DNA from: Caecitellus pseudoparvulus
Taxonomy: Eukaryota; Protista; Bigyra: Bicosoecida
Assembly (NCBI GenBank): GCA_965644315.1
Contig: CBFFRQ010000068.1
Coordinates: forward strand, 1,302,001 to 1,366,000
Length of the DNA stretch: 64,000 bases
Direction: 5' to 3'
Made by a program: the position numbers and the translations under genes. Each line of letters starts with the position of its first letter. The first letter of the stretch is position 1. Positions 33,801 to 45,889 of this stretch are shown here, piece by piece. Under the pieces are notes generated by a model. That model ran no database searches, had not been told where the DNA came from, and saw only the letters and a program-made list of their open reading frames with translations.

Positions 33801-35761
33801 CTCGCCAAGCTGCGCTTCGCAGTCAGCCTCGCCCAGCCCGTCCTGTAAGCACAGGAGCTGCTGCAGGGATTGCAGATGCCAGAAGGCCTACTGTTCATGA
33901 GTTGGAAGCAGAGAGAGTCTCTTCCGCACCTGGACACGGCCCTGGCTTTCAGTTGGATGGTAGCAGTTCAGAAGAGGATTCGAGGCCAGCTCGGCGCACC
34001 AAAGCCTCGGTGCCCGCTGGCCACGCTGATGTTGTCGGGCACTTGGCTGATGCTCTGGGAGTCTCCGGACCTAGTGGTTTTCCAGCTTGCAGAGTCGCAC
34101 CCTCCACGCCGATGACCTCGAGGAGCATTCAGGGGCAGTCCAAGTGGCTTACGGACAGTCACTGGGGGGGGTTGCCGTTCCCCCACTCGACAGTTGTGGA
34201 GGAGGAAGAAGGCGGGCTGGTCGTTGAGACGGACATTGGTGTTGTGGGTGCTCACGGGCAGCTTAGCAAAACGAGCTCTCCTGAGCAGGAAGATTCAGCA
34301 CGAAGTGGCTCCGAGGAGCACCTCGCATCTGCATCTCGAGCTGGGTCCAGGCAAACGTCCCGAAGTGTGCGCACTGAGGCATCCGACTGGCTTGGCGCTC
34401 TTGCTGGAACAGACCCAAGTCGCCAGGCAGCTGCCTCAAGGCAGTCAGGGGCTTCATCCGCAAAGGGCGGGGCCCGAGCGGCATCCCGGGCATTTTTGCC
34501 TGGTGACCTTCACCTTGACGACGACATCTCTGACGGAGTGTCCGTCGGTGGCCTGTCGTTCATGTCTCTGCACAGCACGACTGACTACGAGGGAATTGCC
34601 GCTCGGAATGCGGCACGACTGGCCAACCTTCGCAAGCTAGAGCTCGCATACAACTCAGGCGTGGAGGCTGTTGAAGGCGAGGCTGCCACAGAAGACCAGA
34701 GGGCGGGGCAGCTCATTGATGACGTTTTGACGCAGTACCTGCAGGAGGCAGCTGGCGTAACAAAGCCTGCACAGCCAGTCCCCTCCCTCCCGCTGCCGGG
34801 TAGGGTGTTCCCTAGCATTGACACTGAGGAGCCACTCGGCTCCGCCAGCAGTCGTGGAGTGCTAGGGGTTGCCGGCTCCATGGTGCTCCGCAAGCAAGGT
34901 CATGCCCTCCCCCCGGCAGCATCGGCTGCAGGTCCCACACCAGCCGATCTCCACCCTTCAGCGAAGTTTGCACAGTCAAGGGACCTTCTCGCTGCCCAAA
35001 GGGAAAGTGGCAGTGTGCCAGGGCTCGCCTCGGCCACGACACGGGCCAGCTCAGCGTCCGAGGCATATCCGGAAGCGGCGCGGAGCAGAGCAAAGCGCGA
35101 ACGCCACAAGCATTCCAAGCAAAAGAAGCACAAGTCGAAGTCAACACGGAGGCAGGCAAGGCAGAAAGCGGAATCCCCACCAAGCGACAGCAGCGCGCTG
35201 TCGTTTTCAAGCTCAGGAGGCGAGGAGGATGAGCACGGTCCCAGGGCATCCATGCATTTGGCTCCTCGACGGCACAAGGCAGCCACAGGCGCAGTGACTG
35301 CGCCTATGCCCACCATGCTTGTGTCGAACGGTATGCCGACGTACATGTCCATGGGCATGCCCGTGCACATGGGCATGCCAGTGAGCTTTGGGGGCCAGCC
35401 AGTCACTCAGCCGGGCATGTTCTTGGAGGCACGCAAATCAGGCCATCGCCGACGCAAGCAAGGCAAAGTCAAGGCTCCCCGCCGGAAGCGGAGGGAAAGG
35501 GGTCAACGTCAGGTGAGCAGTTCGTCCTCCAGTGCCACATCCAGTGAGTTCAGTCTGTCCGAGAGTGAGGCATCAGCGAGGCAGCGCCGTGGTGGCCAAG
35601 GGACTGCACCGGTGGCCGAGGCACAGCCATCAGGCCAGGCTCAGCTGCGCACTGGCAAACCTTATGACCTGGGGACCCCCCACATTGCTGCCAGCGACTC
35701 ACCTGAGCCGACATATCGCAGCTTGGCCGGAAATTCTAAGTGGCTGGGCAAGGGCTCTTAG
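30809..35761 (+). CDS. Large low-complexity/coiled-coil protein (about 1650 aa) with internal LPGGGGL..DYDRxRM repeats
   Basis: Uninterrupted ORF of about 5 kb; A/E/K/R coiled coil near 32760-33140; YAAALRSQM, YRLELEAQM and ALEAQIAE segments reminiscent of CSPP1/CCDC66 (weak). Confidence 0.75.
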   Translation: MAEGVSLRDEIWAARRAQRLQGVSSVEATAPPTAGRVPSEPPSMVAARALYAADLQAQAEDRAMREKAARAASRAEAAASTGLPLGTHADYDRQRMAARAAAADAALIAATSPRHSSNAPKGFSSPEDQRKREDQSELPGGGGLRLGSRSDYDRRRMAAAQARQHAVLPATGGQRAPANQKRSDEHPPSSPTELPGGGGLQIGGLRDYDRQRMEAAQRKADASVGLTRPSHSGKAGELSSHPAATGAQTSSQDSPEQSSGSVVLQPTADIADHQSQAAAKAEAAARAFQVRQAEQQRQQAAEDAERAAAMQSKAAYAAALRSQMESAARRKRAKRTEAGNRHAPPPPRQVPQISAAAALEHGRPLAFDAHTVDARQIDEEVEELPGGGGLVFGAASDYDRQRMQARQLAAAELQARAAAGIAKHDTSTGDTPGGGGWLDPHRFPVPVRAQGSHVPVLSPGEDFHQQQAPAGSQTEGGKFPGEASKATPPYLQHRGRPDPTRPPQQTGWVPDSHRGGPTGASLRNMFGGTPDEAATRGQLDAQQRYRLELEAQMAEGAARKAAQAATAQEEEDRIMAAIKADIRAGKGALPFSTPSEHHHGVPGPGHTREAAAMASAGAGVLASGITQAPQAMHGNVAEDVGPLRAGLTPAQLLAKKQAADEQARALEAQIAERAAAKAAALAAERAADAAEEARIKREQEELGARHEAELEAERKKAALKKAEAEAEENARRAAEKKRQRALEAARKAAEDAAADAKAERERKEMAEQYAAEKQRDNRALPAPASSKMRQEGVPSTGASPQPVGAAGRSHLFGRQSPAQPSADVDTAPPAAQQGGSIPQALPAPGQTVQHQERFQAPAAQGTAAPGFHGPTGGVAVAHTAQAHGDPPRSKDQATQPYDQAATQSFGAGLQHSHVVRGYSGPTHMTGLAQSVAPQLRQSTSGLDFAQVGTLADTIPAPNAPQAWADVTLDSSSHLLPFSSVSPRTSTTHGLPWQELPQARQAALRSQPRPARPVSTGAAAGIADARRPTVHELEAERVSSAPGHGPGFQLDGSSSEEDSRPARRTKASVPAGHADVVGHLADALGVSGPSGFPACRVAPSTPMTSRSIQGQSKWLTDSHWGGLPFPHSTVVEEEEGGLVVETDIGVVGAHGQLSKTSSPEQEDSARSGSEEHLASASRAGSRQTSRSVRTEASDWLGALAGTDPSRQAAASRQSGASSAKGGARAASRAFLPGDLHLDDDISDGVSVGGLSFMSLHSTTDYEGIAARNAARLANLRKLELAYNSGVEAVEGEAATEDQRAGQLIDDVLTQYLQEAAGVTKPAQPVPSLPLPGRVFPSIDTEEPLGSASSRGVLGVAGSMVLRKQGHALPPAASAAGPTPADLHPSAKFAQSRDLLAAQRESGSVPGLASATTRASSASEAYPEAARSRAKRERHKHSKQKKHKSKSTRRQARQKAESPPSDSSALSFSSSGGEEDEHGPRASMHLAPRRHKAATGAVTAPMPTMLVSNGMPTYMSMGMPVHMGMPVSFGGQPVTQPGMFLEARKSGHRRRKQGKVKAPRRKRRERGQRQVSSSSSSATSSEFSLSESEASARQRRGGQGTAPVAEAQPSGQAQLRTGKPYDLGTPHIAASDSPEPTYRSLAGNSKWLGKGS

Positions 35762-35769
35762 TCTATGCA

Positions 35770-37382
35770 TCATGCAGTACTTGGCGGAGAACTCAACTTC
35801 ACAAAGCCTGGAACCTGCTTGGGCAAAGGTGCAGTGGTTTCTCTGTGCGATGCCTCGGCCGCTTGGCGCTTGTACTCCGGCTTGAAGAACATGATGACGG
35901 ATGCTGCCATCACCAAGACACAGAACACGAAAATACTGCTTGGCTTGAAGACTGTGTCGCACGTTGGTGGGATGGTGTGCTGGATGATGAGGGTGCAAGT
36001 GATGCCTGCAATTTGCCCGATGTTCATAAGCACTGCCGCCGCTCCTTCTTCGGGAATAGGGTAGGCCATCTCTGCCGCGTTCTCCAAGACAAGCGGCAGG
36101 AGGGGCAACATGCAGAAGCCCATGACGGCAAAGGCTGCAATCAGAAGGCCCTGCTTGCCGGGAGTCAAACACAGCAAAGTGAACAACACCCCCGCCAGGC
36201 AAGCGACGATACCGCCTTTAAGCAGGGGGACGTAGGCCTTTGTTGCTTCCAGGACAGGCCCAACAATGGCAGCCCCCACCAGCCCACAGCCAATAAGCAC
36301 CGCACCTGCCACCCCCGCTGTCCCACTCTCATACCCACACGGCCTGAGAATCTGGGCAATCAGAGTCAGGAAGGCGTTGAAGATGCCCAGGCCGACACCG
36401 AAGCCGAAGGCAAGCACTCGGAAGTTGCCGTTGCCTAGCAGCGTGCTGGTTTCAGCCCACAGGCGCTGGATAGGAGTGAAGTCCTTGAGCTCAGCCAAAT
36501 TCTCGCCCTGGCTCAGCTGGGTGGATGCTGGTGGGCTTGAACACAGGCTTGGCGACCCACCTGGGGCATCAGGCGAAGCAGATGGCGTGAGCAAGCTACG
36601 CAAGCTTTCAGAGCGCAGACTGGCACGTGCTGCTGCCGCAGCAGAGGGGGGGGACGGGGGCTCATCCATCACGATCATCCACACAACTCCCCACAAAGCG
36701 ACTGCAATTACCCCCAGCACGAGCGTGAGCATAAGAATGCTGTCGGGGTGCTGCACAACAAAGCCAGGCACCGCTGAGCCAGCTGCGTTGCCCAAGGGGT
36801 TGACGAGGGACGCCACGATCGTGGCCAGTTCCCGCTGGTGAGTTGGAAACCAGTTGCCAGCAATTGAGGCGGGCATGTTCGTGAAGTACGGTTGCCCGAC
36901 AGCAGCGATGGTTTGCCCCACCAAGGTCACAGCATACCGGGCAGGTCCAGCAGACAGGGGGATCAACCCTGCCAAGTACTTCACGGCAATGCCAACAGCA
37001 GTCAGGCCATGCCCAAAGAGGAGAGAGAACCGAAGCCCGTAGCGCTCTTGGTGGTACGCTGACAGAAGCGTGCCAGGGAGGTACATGAGCATGAAGATGA
37101 GGCTGCGAAGGACAAGAGGGGCAGGCTCAGGTGAAGCGCGTGCCACTGGCGAGAATGCGATCACTGAGCGGCGAACCTAAAGAAATTTACCCCAGTATCA
37201 GTGGTACCAAAGAATTCCTTCGCCTCTTTTTCGATGGGCGAGTACATAATCCATGCAAAAGCATTCGTAAACGAGCAAGCTCCAAATACCGCAAGGATGC
37301 CCCAGCGCAGGGGGTATGCAGTGAAGGTGGCCGTACTGCGTTCCAAGCTGCCGATAAGGCGACTTTTTCCAGCTTCTCCCAT
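35770..37382 (-). CDS. MFS transporter, FLVCR/SLC49 family, 2 exons
   Basis: FTAYPLRWGILAVF..FTNAFAWIMYSPI, YGLRFSLLFG, GQTIAAVGQPY..PASIAGNWFPTHQRELAT and ENAAEMAYPIPE, with about 12 hydrophobic segments. One intron, about 37176-37103. Confidence 0.88.
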
Positions 37383-37790
37383 GCTTGGATGTGGGGCTGG
37401 ATCCCGAAGCCGGCACGCCTGGCGTCGACACGGAGTAGTGGTGGATGCTCCCTGGCCTGGCTTCCTCTCTGCCAGCGGTCGAAGAAAAGGGGGCCCTGCA
37501 GCCTGCTCTGTGCCAGGGTTAGGCTTGTCACAGACAGAAAGAGCCAGGTGCGGGCATTCTTCCTGTACTTTAGCTCGAGCGACTGGCTGCTGGGGCTTGG
37601 AAATGGGGTTGTGCCGACATGTGCGACGTGCCCTGCGGGTGGATGATAGGCCACACGCACTCCAGGTTTCAGCGATACTTCTGATGCAATCGTGGCACAA
37701 GTGGCAAGTGCATTGTCTCTAGCACAAGAACCAGGGGCTGTGGCGGCTAGGTGGTGCGTTGACTTCAGTCAGCCTTCCTCTCACGGGAGG

Positions 37791-39057
37791 CTAAGGCAAT
37801 TTGGAGTCGGAAGCCACCGCAGCACCTGTTGCAGTGCCACTCACGCCCCCAGCCGCGCTATCTGCAACAAACGCCCGGGAAACAGCAGTGGCACCAGCTG
37901 CTGCAGACGCTGCAGCAGCTGCAGCGTCGTACGCTCCGGATGCAGCCGCCGCTGGTGCTCCCGATGGAGTATGCAGAGCTGCAGCAGAGGAAGCTGCGGG
38001 CACAGTGAGGACAGAAGGCCCATCTACACCCGCTTCAAGCAACGCAGTCGGCAAGCCGGCGAAGAAGGGGTGCCGCAGCGCATCGGCGGCGGAGATGCGC
38101 TGCGCCGGGTCGTGCACCAACATGCTGGAGAGCAGGTCCACGCCATCAGCATCCAGGCCTGGGACGAGGTGCGCCAGGGATGCTGGGGCAGCATGCGTTG
38201 GGAGTGCCCCTGGCTTGTATGACGGGAGGGCGGTGAGGCCTGGAAATGTAGCTTCAGTGGGCGTTCCAAGAGCAGCACAGATCTTCTCCAGCTGGTCGTG
38301 GGGTTTCATGCCGGGAAAGAGGGGCTTGCCATTGTGCATCTCGGCGAAGATGCACCCGATGCTCCAGACATCTACGGGCGTAGAGTAGGTCTTAGAGCCG
38401 AGCAAAACATCCGGAGGTCGGTACCACAGCGTGACCACTTCGTGGGTGTAGTCCCTCACAGGGATGCCGAAAGCGCGAGCGAGGCCAAAGTCAGCCAACT
38501 TCAGCTCGCCTTCCCGGTTGATGAGCAGGTTTTGAGGCTTGAGGTCGCGATGCAGCACTCTGTGTGCATGGCAATGGGCAATGCCGCGGGTAAGCTGGAA
38601 GAGGAAGGACTTCAGAGTGCGTGTATCCACCCCGGCGTGGCACTGGTCAAGAAACTTTTTCAAGTCCAAGTCCAAGAACTCGAAGACAAGGGTCAGCTTC
38701 TTCTCAGTGTGTACGACGTCGAACAGTCTGTACGCGCGAGCACGGGCCGGGAATGCCACAGACGCTTCGAGTGCAATTGCAACGCAGCGGAAGGGGCGCG
38801 CCGGGTGAGGTGGCAGCAGGCAAGAGATGGAATCAAGCTAGATGTTGCACTAGGCTGACACACCTGACGATGTTCGGGTGCTGCAGCTCCTTCAAGAGGG
38901 CGATCTCGCGAATTGCGGTACTTGGGATGCCTTCATCTTCCGCATCCAAGCGAATGCGCTTCAGGGCGACCGTGTCCCCCGTGTTCCTGTCCCTTGCCTT
39001 GTACACGACACCATACGTGCCCTCCCCAACTTTTGCGACTTTTTGGTACCGGTCCAT
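37791..39057 (-). CDS. Cyclin-dependent kinase (PSTAIRE; CDK1/2/5 group), 2 exons, Ala-rich C-terminal tail
   Basis: [70 protein letters not shown]. Confidence 0.96.
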
Positions 39058-39299
39058 GGTCCAGCACGGGGACTTGGCACACTTGCTCAGACGCAAAGGC
39101 GAAACGCCACAGCGCGCTTGCCGCTGTGCAGCAAATGCGGTCTGGGCTGGTTGGGGACCTGCAACTGAAGTGGTGTGCACCCCTCAAAGTGCCTGGGTGT
39201 TAAGAAGTACTATGACTCGATGCATGCATGGGTAAGGAAGGCACGGGATTGCAGTGCTTTTGTGCTGTGCTTGCATTGCGTGAAACGTGGCTAGCTTGT

Positions 39300-40215
39300 T
39301 CAGGCAACGGCCTTCTTGGCGGCAGCGTACGCGGCAGCAGTGGCCTTCTTGGCGGTGTAGTACTCCGCAGACTTGGCACGGCGAGCATCCTCCATCTTCT
39401 CGATGAGGGAGCCGTACTTCCAGCCAGCGCGGGTGGCGAGCTCGCCAAGGACGCAGAAGCGGCGGCCGGGGCGCAGGCGGGTGGCACGCAGGGCGTCAGG
39501 GACCACCACACGCTTGACCTTCTGGTACTCGTCAGGGATGCCCTCGAAGACCTTCAGGCGGCTCATGGCCTCAGTGCCACGTGCGGTCTTGTGGGGCACC
39601 ATACCACGCACGCATCGGTACATGATGCGAGAGGGGGCGCGGTGGTGGTAGGGGCCACCACGAGATGGGTTGGAGTTAGCCTTCTTGCGCAGGAAGCTGT
39701 GGAACTTGATCAAGTTGCGCTCCACTGAGCAAGGCGGGTGGGAAGGGGAGGGGGGTGCATGTGGTGCATCGAGGCTACACCAGCAGCATTTGCGGAAATA
39801 GCGGGGGTGGGAACACACAGCCCAGGCGCCCAGGGAGGGTTACTCCACACAAAACTGGCACAATCCCACGGAAATACGCCTGAGACACGACAAGGTGCCG
39901 CCTAATTCGCACCGGGGGCTAGCACACGCGTGGGGGGCAGCGGTGCCAAGCCCCGTTTCTGCGGCACAGCGGACGCCCACACACACACACAGCGCCCGCC
40001 CTTTCGAGCGCCACCCACTGCCTAGCTTCATGCAGAAGCACAGGATCTTTAAACTGGTCCCCTGACATGCGCAACTTACGGCTGCCAGAGATGTTGATGG
40101 CCTCGCAGCGCACCAGCACCACGCGCTGTCCGTTCAACAGCTCCTTGGCCACGACAGAGGCCAGGCGGCCCATCATGTGGGCGCGGCAGTCAACGACGAC
40201 GACCTTCTCAAACAT
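39300..40215 (-). CDS. RPL13A: 60S ribosomal protein uL13, 2 exons
   Basis: [45 protein letters not shown]|[47 protein letters not shown] intron is 40079-39725. Confidence 0.98.
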
Positions 40216-40427
40216 CTTGTGAGTTTGGGGGTGTGTAGGCGCTCGACGGGGGCGACAGGGCGCAGAAGCTCGAGCGGAAATGCAGCTGGGCGGGAAGCCG
40301 AAAGCTGGGCAGTGCACGAGGCAGCTCGTGGGTGCAGCAGCGGACTGATGCAATGGGAGGCGAAGCACAAGAAAGTGTTCAACCCTGAGGACGGTCGAGT
40401 GTTTCGGCAAGTATACTTTGGTCATGT

Positions 40428-40439
40428 GGGGGGGGGGGG
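40428..40439 (+). promoter_or_regulatory. G12 tract in the divergent RPL13A/URB2 intergenic region
   Basis: Homopolymer seen directly; regulatory role inferred only from recurrence. Confidence 0.35.
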
Positions 40440-40665
40440 CTGCACCGGATCTGTTCAGGCAGCGGTTGGGGGGCGAAGCGGCAGCATGCAGGCGTGCTAG
40501 GAAAATCCTGCACACCAGACGCGCCATTCAATCGAGCTCCCAGCTTCAAAATGTGCCCCTCACCCCCTTGATCTCAACCTGGCGACTTGAGTCTGCTTGG
40601 TGTGCTGCGGAACTTGGGCCTTGCCAATTTCCGCTTCTTCCTCTCGCTCGGGGTGTGAAGGAGCC

Positions 40666-43600
40666 ATGGCTCAAGCCAGCCTCGACCAGTAAGCGCGGGG
40701 GTACAGAACTGCCTGCCGAGAGTGCTCCTTGCAGCTCACTTTGCGTGGTTGTCTCTTCTTGCAGGCAGCTGAGGCGTCTATGTGGGAGTGCCCCTCACAC
40801 TCGAACTCTACGCCTGTAGGTTCTGCCCTCTGCTCCGCTCTTGGCAGGCTCACCTCATGTCAGCCAAGCCCTGCACCCCGCAGCGACACAGAGGACAACA
40901 TTTGCCTTCGCCCTGCGGAATGGAAGGTCGGTGTCTGAGTGGCTTGCTGCTGTCTCCGTGTTCGTTGACTGGCGTCAACATTCCAACCGCTGCTTTCCCA
41001 CCTCGCACTGCAGGCCTTGAGACGACTGCTGCGCCTCTGTGATACAGGGAGTGTCGCCATTACTACCAAGGCGTTGGGGAAGGTGGCAGTGGTGCGTAGT
41101 TCTCGCTTGTCCGCCTTGTGGGTGCCCTGCAGCTTCAGCAGCCGCCGATGTCACCTGTACAGGAGGTTGAGATTGCTTTTGGAAGCTTGCTGGCTGGACT
41201 TGAGACAGGCGGCCAAATGGGCTCGCATGCAGACACAAGTGCATTACTTTGGGAGTGGGCTGCTCTGGTGCCCTTCTTCTGCTGCTCTCCGGCCGCCACC
41301 TCCTTGAATGCGTCGAGCGCTGGCGCTGCCCCACGTCGGCTTCTCCTGCCAGTGCCAGCACAGTTGCAGCTACTGTCCCACATCCTGACGTGCACCGGCA
41401 CCCTACTGAATGCGCCCTCTGACTCGTCTTACGCCCGCCAGCTGAATTGCTGGGCTTCAGCGACTTCGCAGCGGATGTGCCCCGTGACGGGACTGGCAAC
41501 CGTCGCTCTGCGGAGCTTGCAGGCTACTCTGAACCAGCACAGCACCAGTGGGACAGTGCAGGGTGTCGCCTTGTTGAAGCACTCGGTGATGCTGCCCGTT
41601 CTTGCGCATTTAGGCGTCTCATCCAAGTTGTCGGAAGCAACACCGCAAGAAGCCGCGCTGTTGGCCGCCGCTCGCGCTGCTGTTTGCTCGCTGTGGGGCC
41701 CAGCAAATACTAACACCGCGGCGGCCGCAGTGGCAAGGAGCGGGGCTCTGGTCATGAATTCGATCTTGGTATGGAAGGGCGACTCTGCTTCTGATGAGCT
41801 CTTCCTGGCTTCTGATACCTTTCCTGCCGCGTTTGACCGCCATGCGGGGGGGGGCGTGCTCCCAGGATCCGCTGGCCCCACGGGAATTGCACCCCGCATG
41901 CCAATCCCACCAGTATCCGCCGCTTCAGAGGCCACTGACGCGCTGTTTGAGGCCAACCTGGCGGCGGTGACGTCGGTGCCTCGCTGGTCTGGCCCGCACC
42001 CGTTCTGCTTTACCTGGCCGCAGATTCTGGGGCAGGGTGTAGGGAAAGCGCAGCTGCATGCCAACGCGCAGACATTCGCCGCTGCTGCACATAGGTACGT
42101 GACACTTGCTGCCTTGGCTTCCACCCCCCTGCTACTAGAGCTGTTGCTGCAAAGTGGAGGCAAGGCTGCATACTCGCCTCATGCAGCAGGAGTGGATTCA
42201 CGCTTCCTGCTGGGGCTGCAGTTTGCCCTGGCTGCAGCGCCAGCTCTTGTGCCCATGTCCAAGCTCAGCAGTTCCAGTTGCAAGGGCAAGGCTGAGGATT
42301 CCCTTCTTTCCCCCGCTGCTCTGCTGGCGCACAGGGCAAAGATGGGCGCCACTGCCACGCCCTGGTTGCAGCGTGCACAAGCCAGCGCAGCTGTCTCGAC
42401 GCTTCAAGTGCTGTCTCGCCTGCGGGTCTATCGAGAAGACAAAGACGCAACGCCATTTCCCCAGTTTTCAGCTTTGCGCTTTGTCTTCGACGGCGCGCTG
42501 ACTCTGGCTCTGGCCACGAGAGAGCCAGAGTCCGTGCCTTGTGCTGCCGGCCTCATTTCCGCGGCCAGCCACGTAAACCATGGCCTCATCCAGGGCAAGC
42601 TCCCAACCCTTCTAGCCTTGGTTTTGAAGTGCGCCTCGGTGGAGCATGACGCCGCCCTTGCTTGCTTCGAAGCGTTGTGGAGCCGGTGGAGCCGGCTGCG
42701 ACAGGTCGCACACGGCATTGTAGCCCAACACATGGCAGTCATGCTTGTAGCCCAAGAGGCCTCCCCAGAAAATTTAGCGGCTGATGCCGCGACTCTGCCC
42801 AGTCGCCTGGCTTCTGAATCGCTGTGTGCATCCGTACAGTTCCTGCACTCCCATGGCTGCGGCCAACACATTCTCCAGGGCCTTACCTCTGTTCCGGAAG
42901 GGCAAGCTTTGCCATTGGCAAACTTGCTTTTGGTACTCATTCTCTCACTCCTGGACACATGTCAGTTTGTCGGGCAAGTGGAGCCCTTGCTAAATGCTGC
43001 ACTGGCAAGGCTTGCAGCGCTGTCTCCTGAGTTCCCCGGTGAACTGCAGCGGGCCCTTCAAGCCACAGCAAAGTCAGCTGAGCAGCTGTGGTCCACTCCC
43101 CTCACAGGCCCACCACCAGCTGACGCAACGTTTGCTTCTTCCGAGGGCAGGTCGTCTCGAAAGCGTCAGCGCGACGCACCGTGCTCCCCGGGTTCTTCGG
43201 GCGGAGAGCTCATGTTGTGGCACGCATGCTCGCAGTTCCGAGCGTACTGTGCATCCCAGCGTGTCTCCCGAAAGAATGTCGCAGACATGGCAAGCATTGC
43301 GTCTCTTACTGCATCTGCCGCAGCGTGCATGTTGCAGGCTCCACCAGCCACCCCCGCATGGCCAGCGCTGGCTGGACTTCTGCTGGGAACTGCATCAGAC
43401 ATCACCTCTGCTTGTAGGGCATTCGTACCTGCTGCACTGCACTGGGACACAAGTGAAGATGCCTCAGTGAAGGCTGATTTTGCCTGTCGCCTGCCCCGTG
43501 CGGCTGCAGTGGAGCTGGGCGTGCCGGAGCTGCCTGGATTGCCCATGCGCACGTCGACGGCACAGTTGCTAGAGTGTCTGGCTCAAGGCGCCGAGAGCAA

Positions 43601-45629
43601 AGCAGCGTCCCCACTGCATGCAAGTGCTCTGTGTGCTGCCGTGCATGCTGAGCTTGCGACCAAGCAGTTTGCTCTGGCGCAAACACTGCCGGGGAGCGTC
43701 TCTGCGTTTGGCTCTGTGACCATGTCAAACCTGGCCACTCAGGCTTTGAAGTATTTCCCCTTGTGCCCAGCCGGCTGGGCGCAGTGTGTTCAAGCTTGGT
43801 CCGTTGCAACGGCAGACGCGAGAGAGGCTGCCCTTGCCACTCTCTGCTCTCCGAGCCACCGAGCCAGCTTGAGCAGCTTCCTTCGCGACCCATCTCTGGC
43901 CTGCTTTCCTGAATTTGCAGCTGATTTTTTGCATGCGGCCTCAGTAGAACTGTTGGGGCGACTGCCGTTGCGCAGTGCAGTCAAGCGCAGGAAAGCCTCC
44001 GAGCACAGCAGCGCCCCTGATTTCGCGTCAACTCTTCAGCAAGCGTTGAGCGGGCAGTCCTCCGCGCGACACTCGGGGACAGCTCTGGAACTTGAGCTTC
44101 TTGCTCAAGCCATATCTGGTGCCCTTGAGCGCCTTCCTGCGCGCCACGTGGTGGCCTTGGCGTGCTCAGCCACGACCGCAGCACTCGTGGCCGCAGTGCA
44201 AGGGCATCCAAGTGCGTTCTCCAAGGTTTGTAGCCACGCCAAGCTTTTGGAAGCTGCGATGGGCACACTTCCAGCAGCGTGGCCTGTGTGCGAGTACCTT
44301 GCATTGCTTGGCGAAAGCGCGCCGGCGCAGTTGGAGCCCCTGGCTCTGTGCCGGTTTGCAGCAGCTTTCCTTGCGCAGCACAGAGACGAACCCGCGTACT
44401 CTACGCTGCTTGCAAGCGTCGTTCCATTGGCTTACTCTGAACCCACGACCACGAACTTGGTTGTGGCTGTCGCAAGCCTGCACGCAGCCAGCAGCTTTGC
44501 CTCCACCTCCGTACCTCATGCCCCTGCGGAGAAACTGCCAAGCCCAGGAAAGTGCGCGTGGCTATTACTCGCTCATGTCGAGGCAGCCATGCGGGCTGGG
44601 AGTGATTCTGCTGTGATGGCAGGTTTGGTGCGACAGGTGCAAGGGGCCACCAACGCTCCTGACCGGCACCAGCGCGCGCTGGCCGATCAAGTAGCCAGGT
44701 GCATCAAGGCTGCGGTGGTAAGTGGGCAGCAGCAGTCCTCTGCCATCTCTGTGCCAGTCTTCAGCGTGGTGAACAGCGCAGGGGCAGAGACTTTGACCCA
44801 TTCAGTGTGGCGAGCGTTGGCCGGAGCTTCGGAGCAATTCCTTTCGCAGGTGGCAGGAGATGCCATCCAGCGGCTCGTTCATGCTCCCGCAGTTGAAGCT
44901 GCGGGCAGCATTGCCACGGCTGGGGCAGTGGCTGGGGGGGTGCTGCTGCAACCTGAGGCCTGTGAGTCGGAGACTGTCGGCGCTGCACTGCAGCCAGTGG
45001 TTCCACTGCTCCCAGCCATTGCCCGCTCGTCCTCTGACCTGCCCACCTTGACTCACTGCTTGCAGCTCATGGCTCTGTGTGCAAGCGAGCCTGCTGTCGT
45101 CTCTCTCACAGCACGTGATGCGACTGCCTTCCTCATGGTTGCAGGAGAAGTGCTGCAGAGCGAGGGGGGGCACTCGGCGGTCACCGCTGCGATCGGAGTC
45201 CTTCACAAAGTCTTGAAGCACCACAAGCGAATCGCGTCAGCGTGTTTGCCCTGCATCAGCATTGTCCTGTGCCATGCTGTGCGCCGTGCGTGTCAGCAGG
45301 AGCACGGCAGCTGCTTTGCACAAGGTGTCCAGCGGTGCCTGTTTCAGCTCGTGCGTTCCGCAGGCCCAAGTGCTGTTCGTCATCATGCCCCCCACATTGC
45401 AGCAGCGTTCGTGAGCGCGTGTTCAACGAAGGGCTCGGTCGCTGGTGCTGCTCTGCGAGCCGAGAACCGCGAGACTCTCCAGCAAGGCGTCTTCAGACTC
45501 TTTGACTGCATGTCAGCTGCAGAATTTCAACACCTCCTCGTATCGACAGGCAGCAGTTCCAGCTCTAGGGTCATGGTCAAATCTCTTCGCAAGTCATGGA
45601 AGGCAGCGCACAAGTTTCGCGGCCAGTGA
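40666..45629 (+). CDS. URB2: Nucleolar pre-ribosomal protein Urb2/Npa2-like; 5' exons approximate
   Basis: 1503-aa helical ORF ending LQQGVFRLFDCMS..EFQHLLVS..RVMVKSLRKSWKAAHKFRGQ, the Urb2 C-terminal signature. Candidate first exon MAQASLDQ at 40666 is followed by a GTAAGC donor. Confidence 0.72.
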
Positions 45630-45889
45630 GGTTTGTGAGGTGGCCTTCGTGAGGTGTGCATTGCGCCGGCCCTACCACAACTCTTCTGCCGCAGCTCAAT
45701 GCACCTGGGGTTTTGGCATGATACCATCAGTACCCAGAGCCCTCACTGTGGCCTCTGAGCGGGCAGCCTCACGGAAGCGCTGCCTTGCTCAGCGCAGGAG
45801 CTTGCAGCAGCGGCTACGCCAGCCCAGCGACTCATCTGCTGACCCAAGGCCGCGCCATGGCGCACGCTGGGGCTCTACCAGAGAGAGGC

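Noticed and set aside
39940-39965. AGAAACGGGGCT resembling RNase MRP conserved region V
   Set aside because: No upstream GAAAGTCCCC-type CR-I partner exists on the same strand to form helix P4.
39978-39991. Short (CA)n microsatellite
   Set aside because: About six units only; unremarkable on its own.
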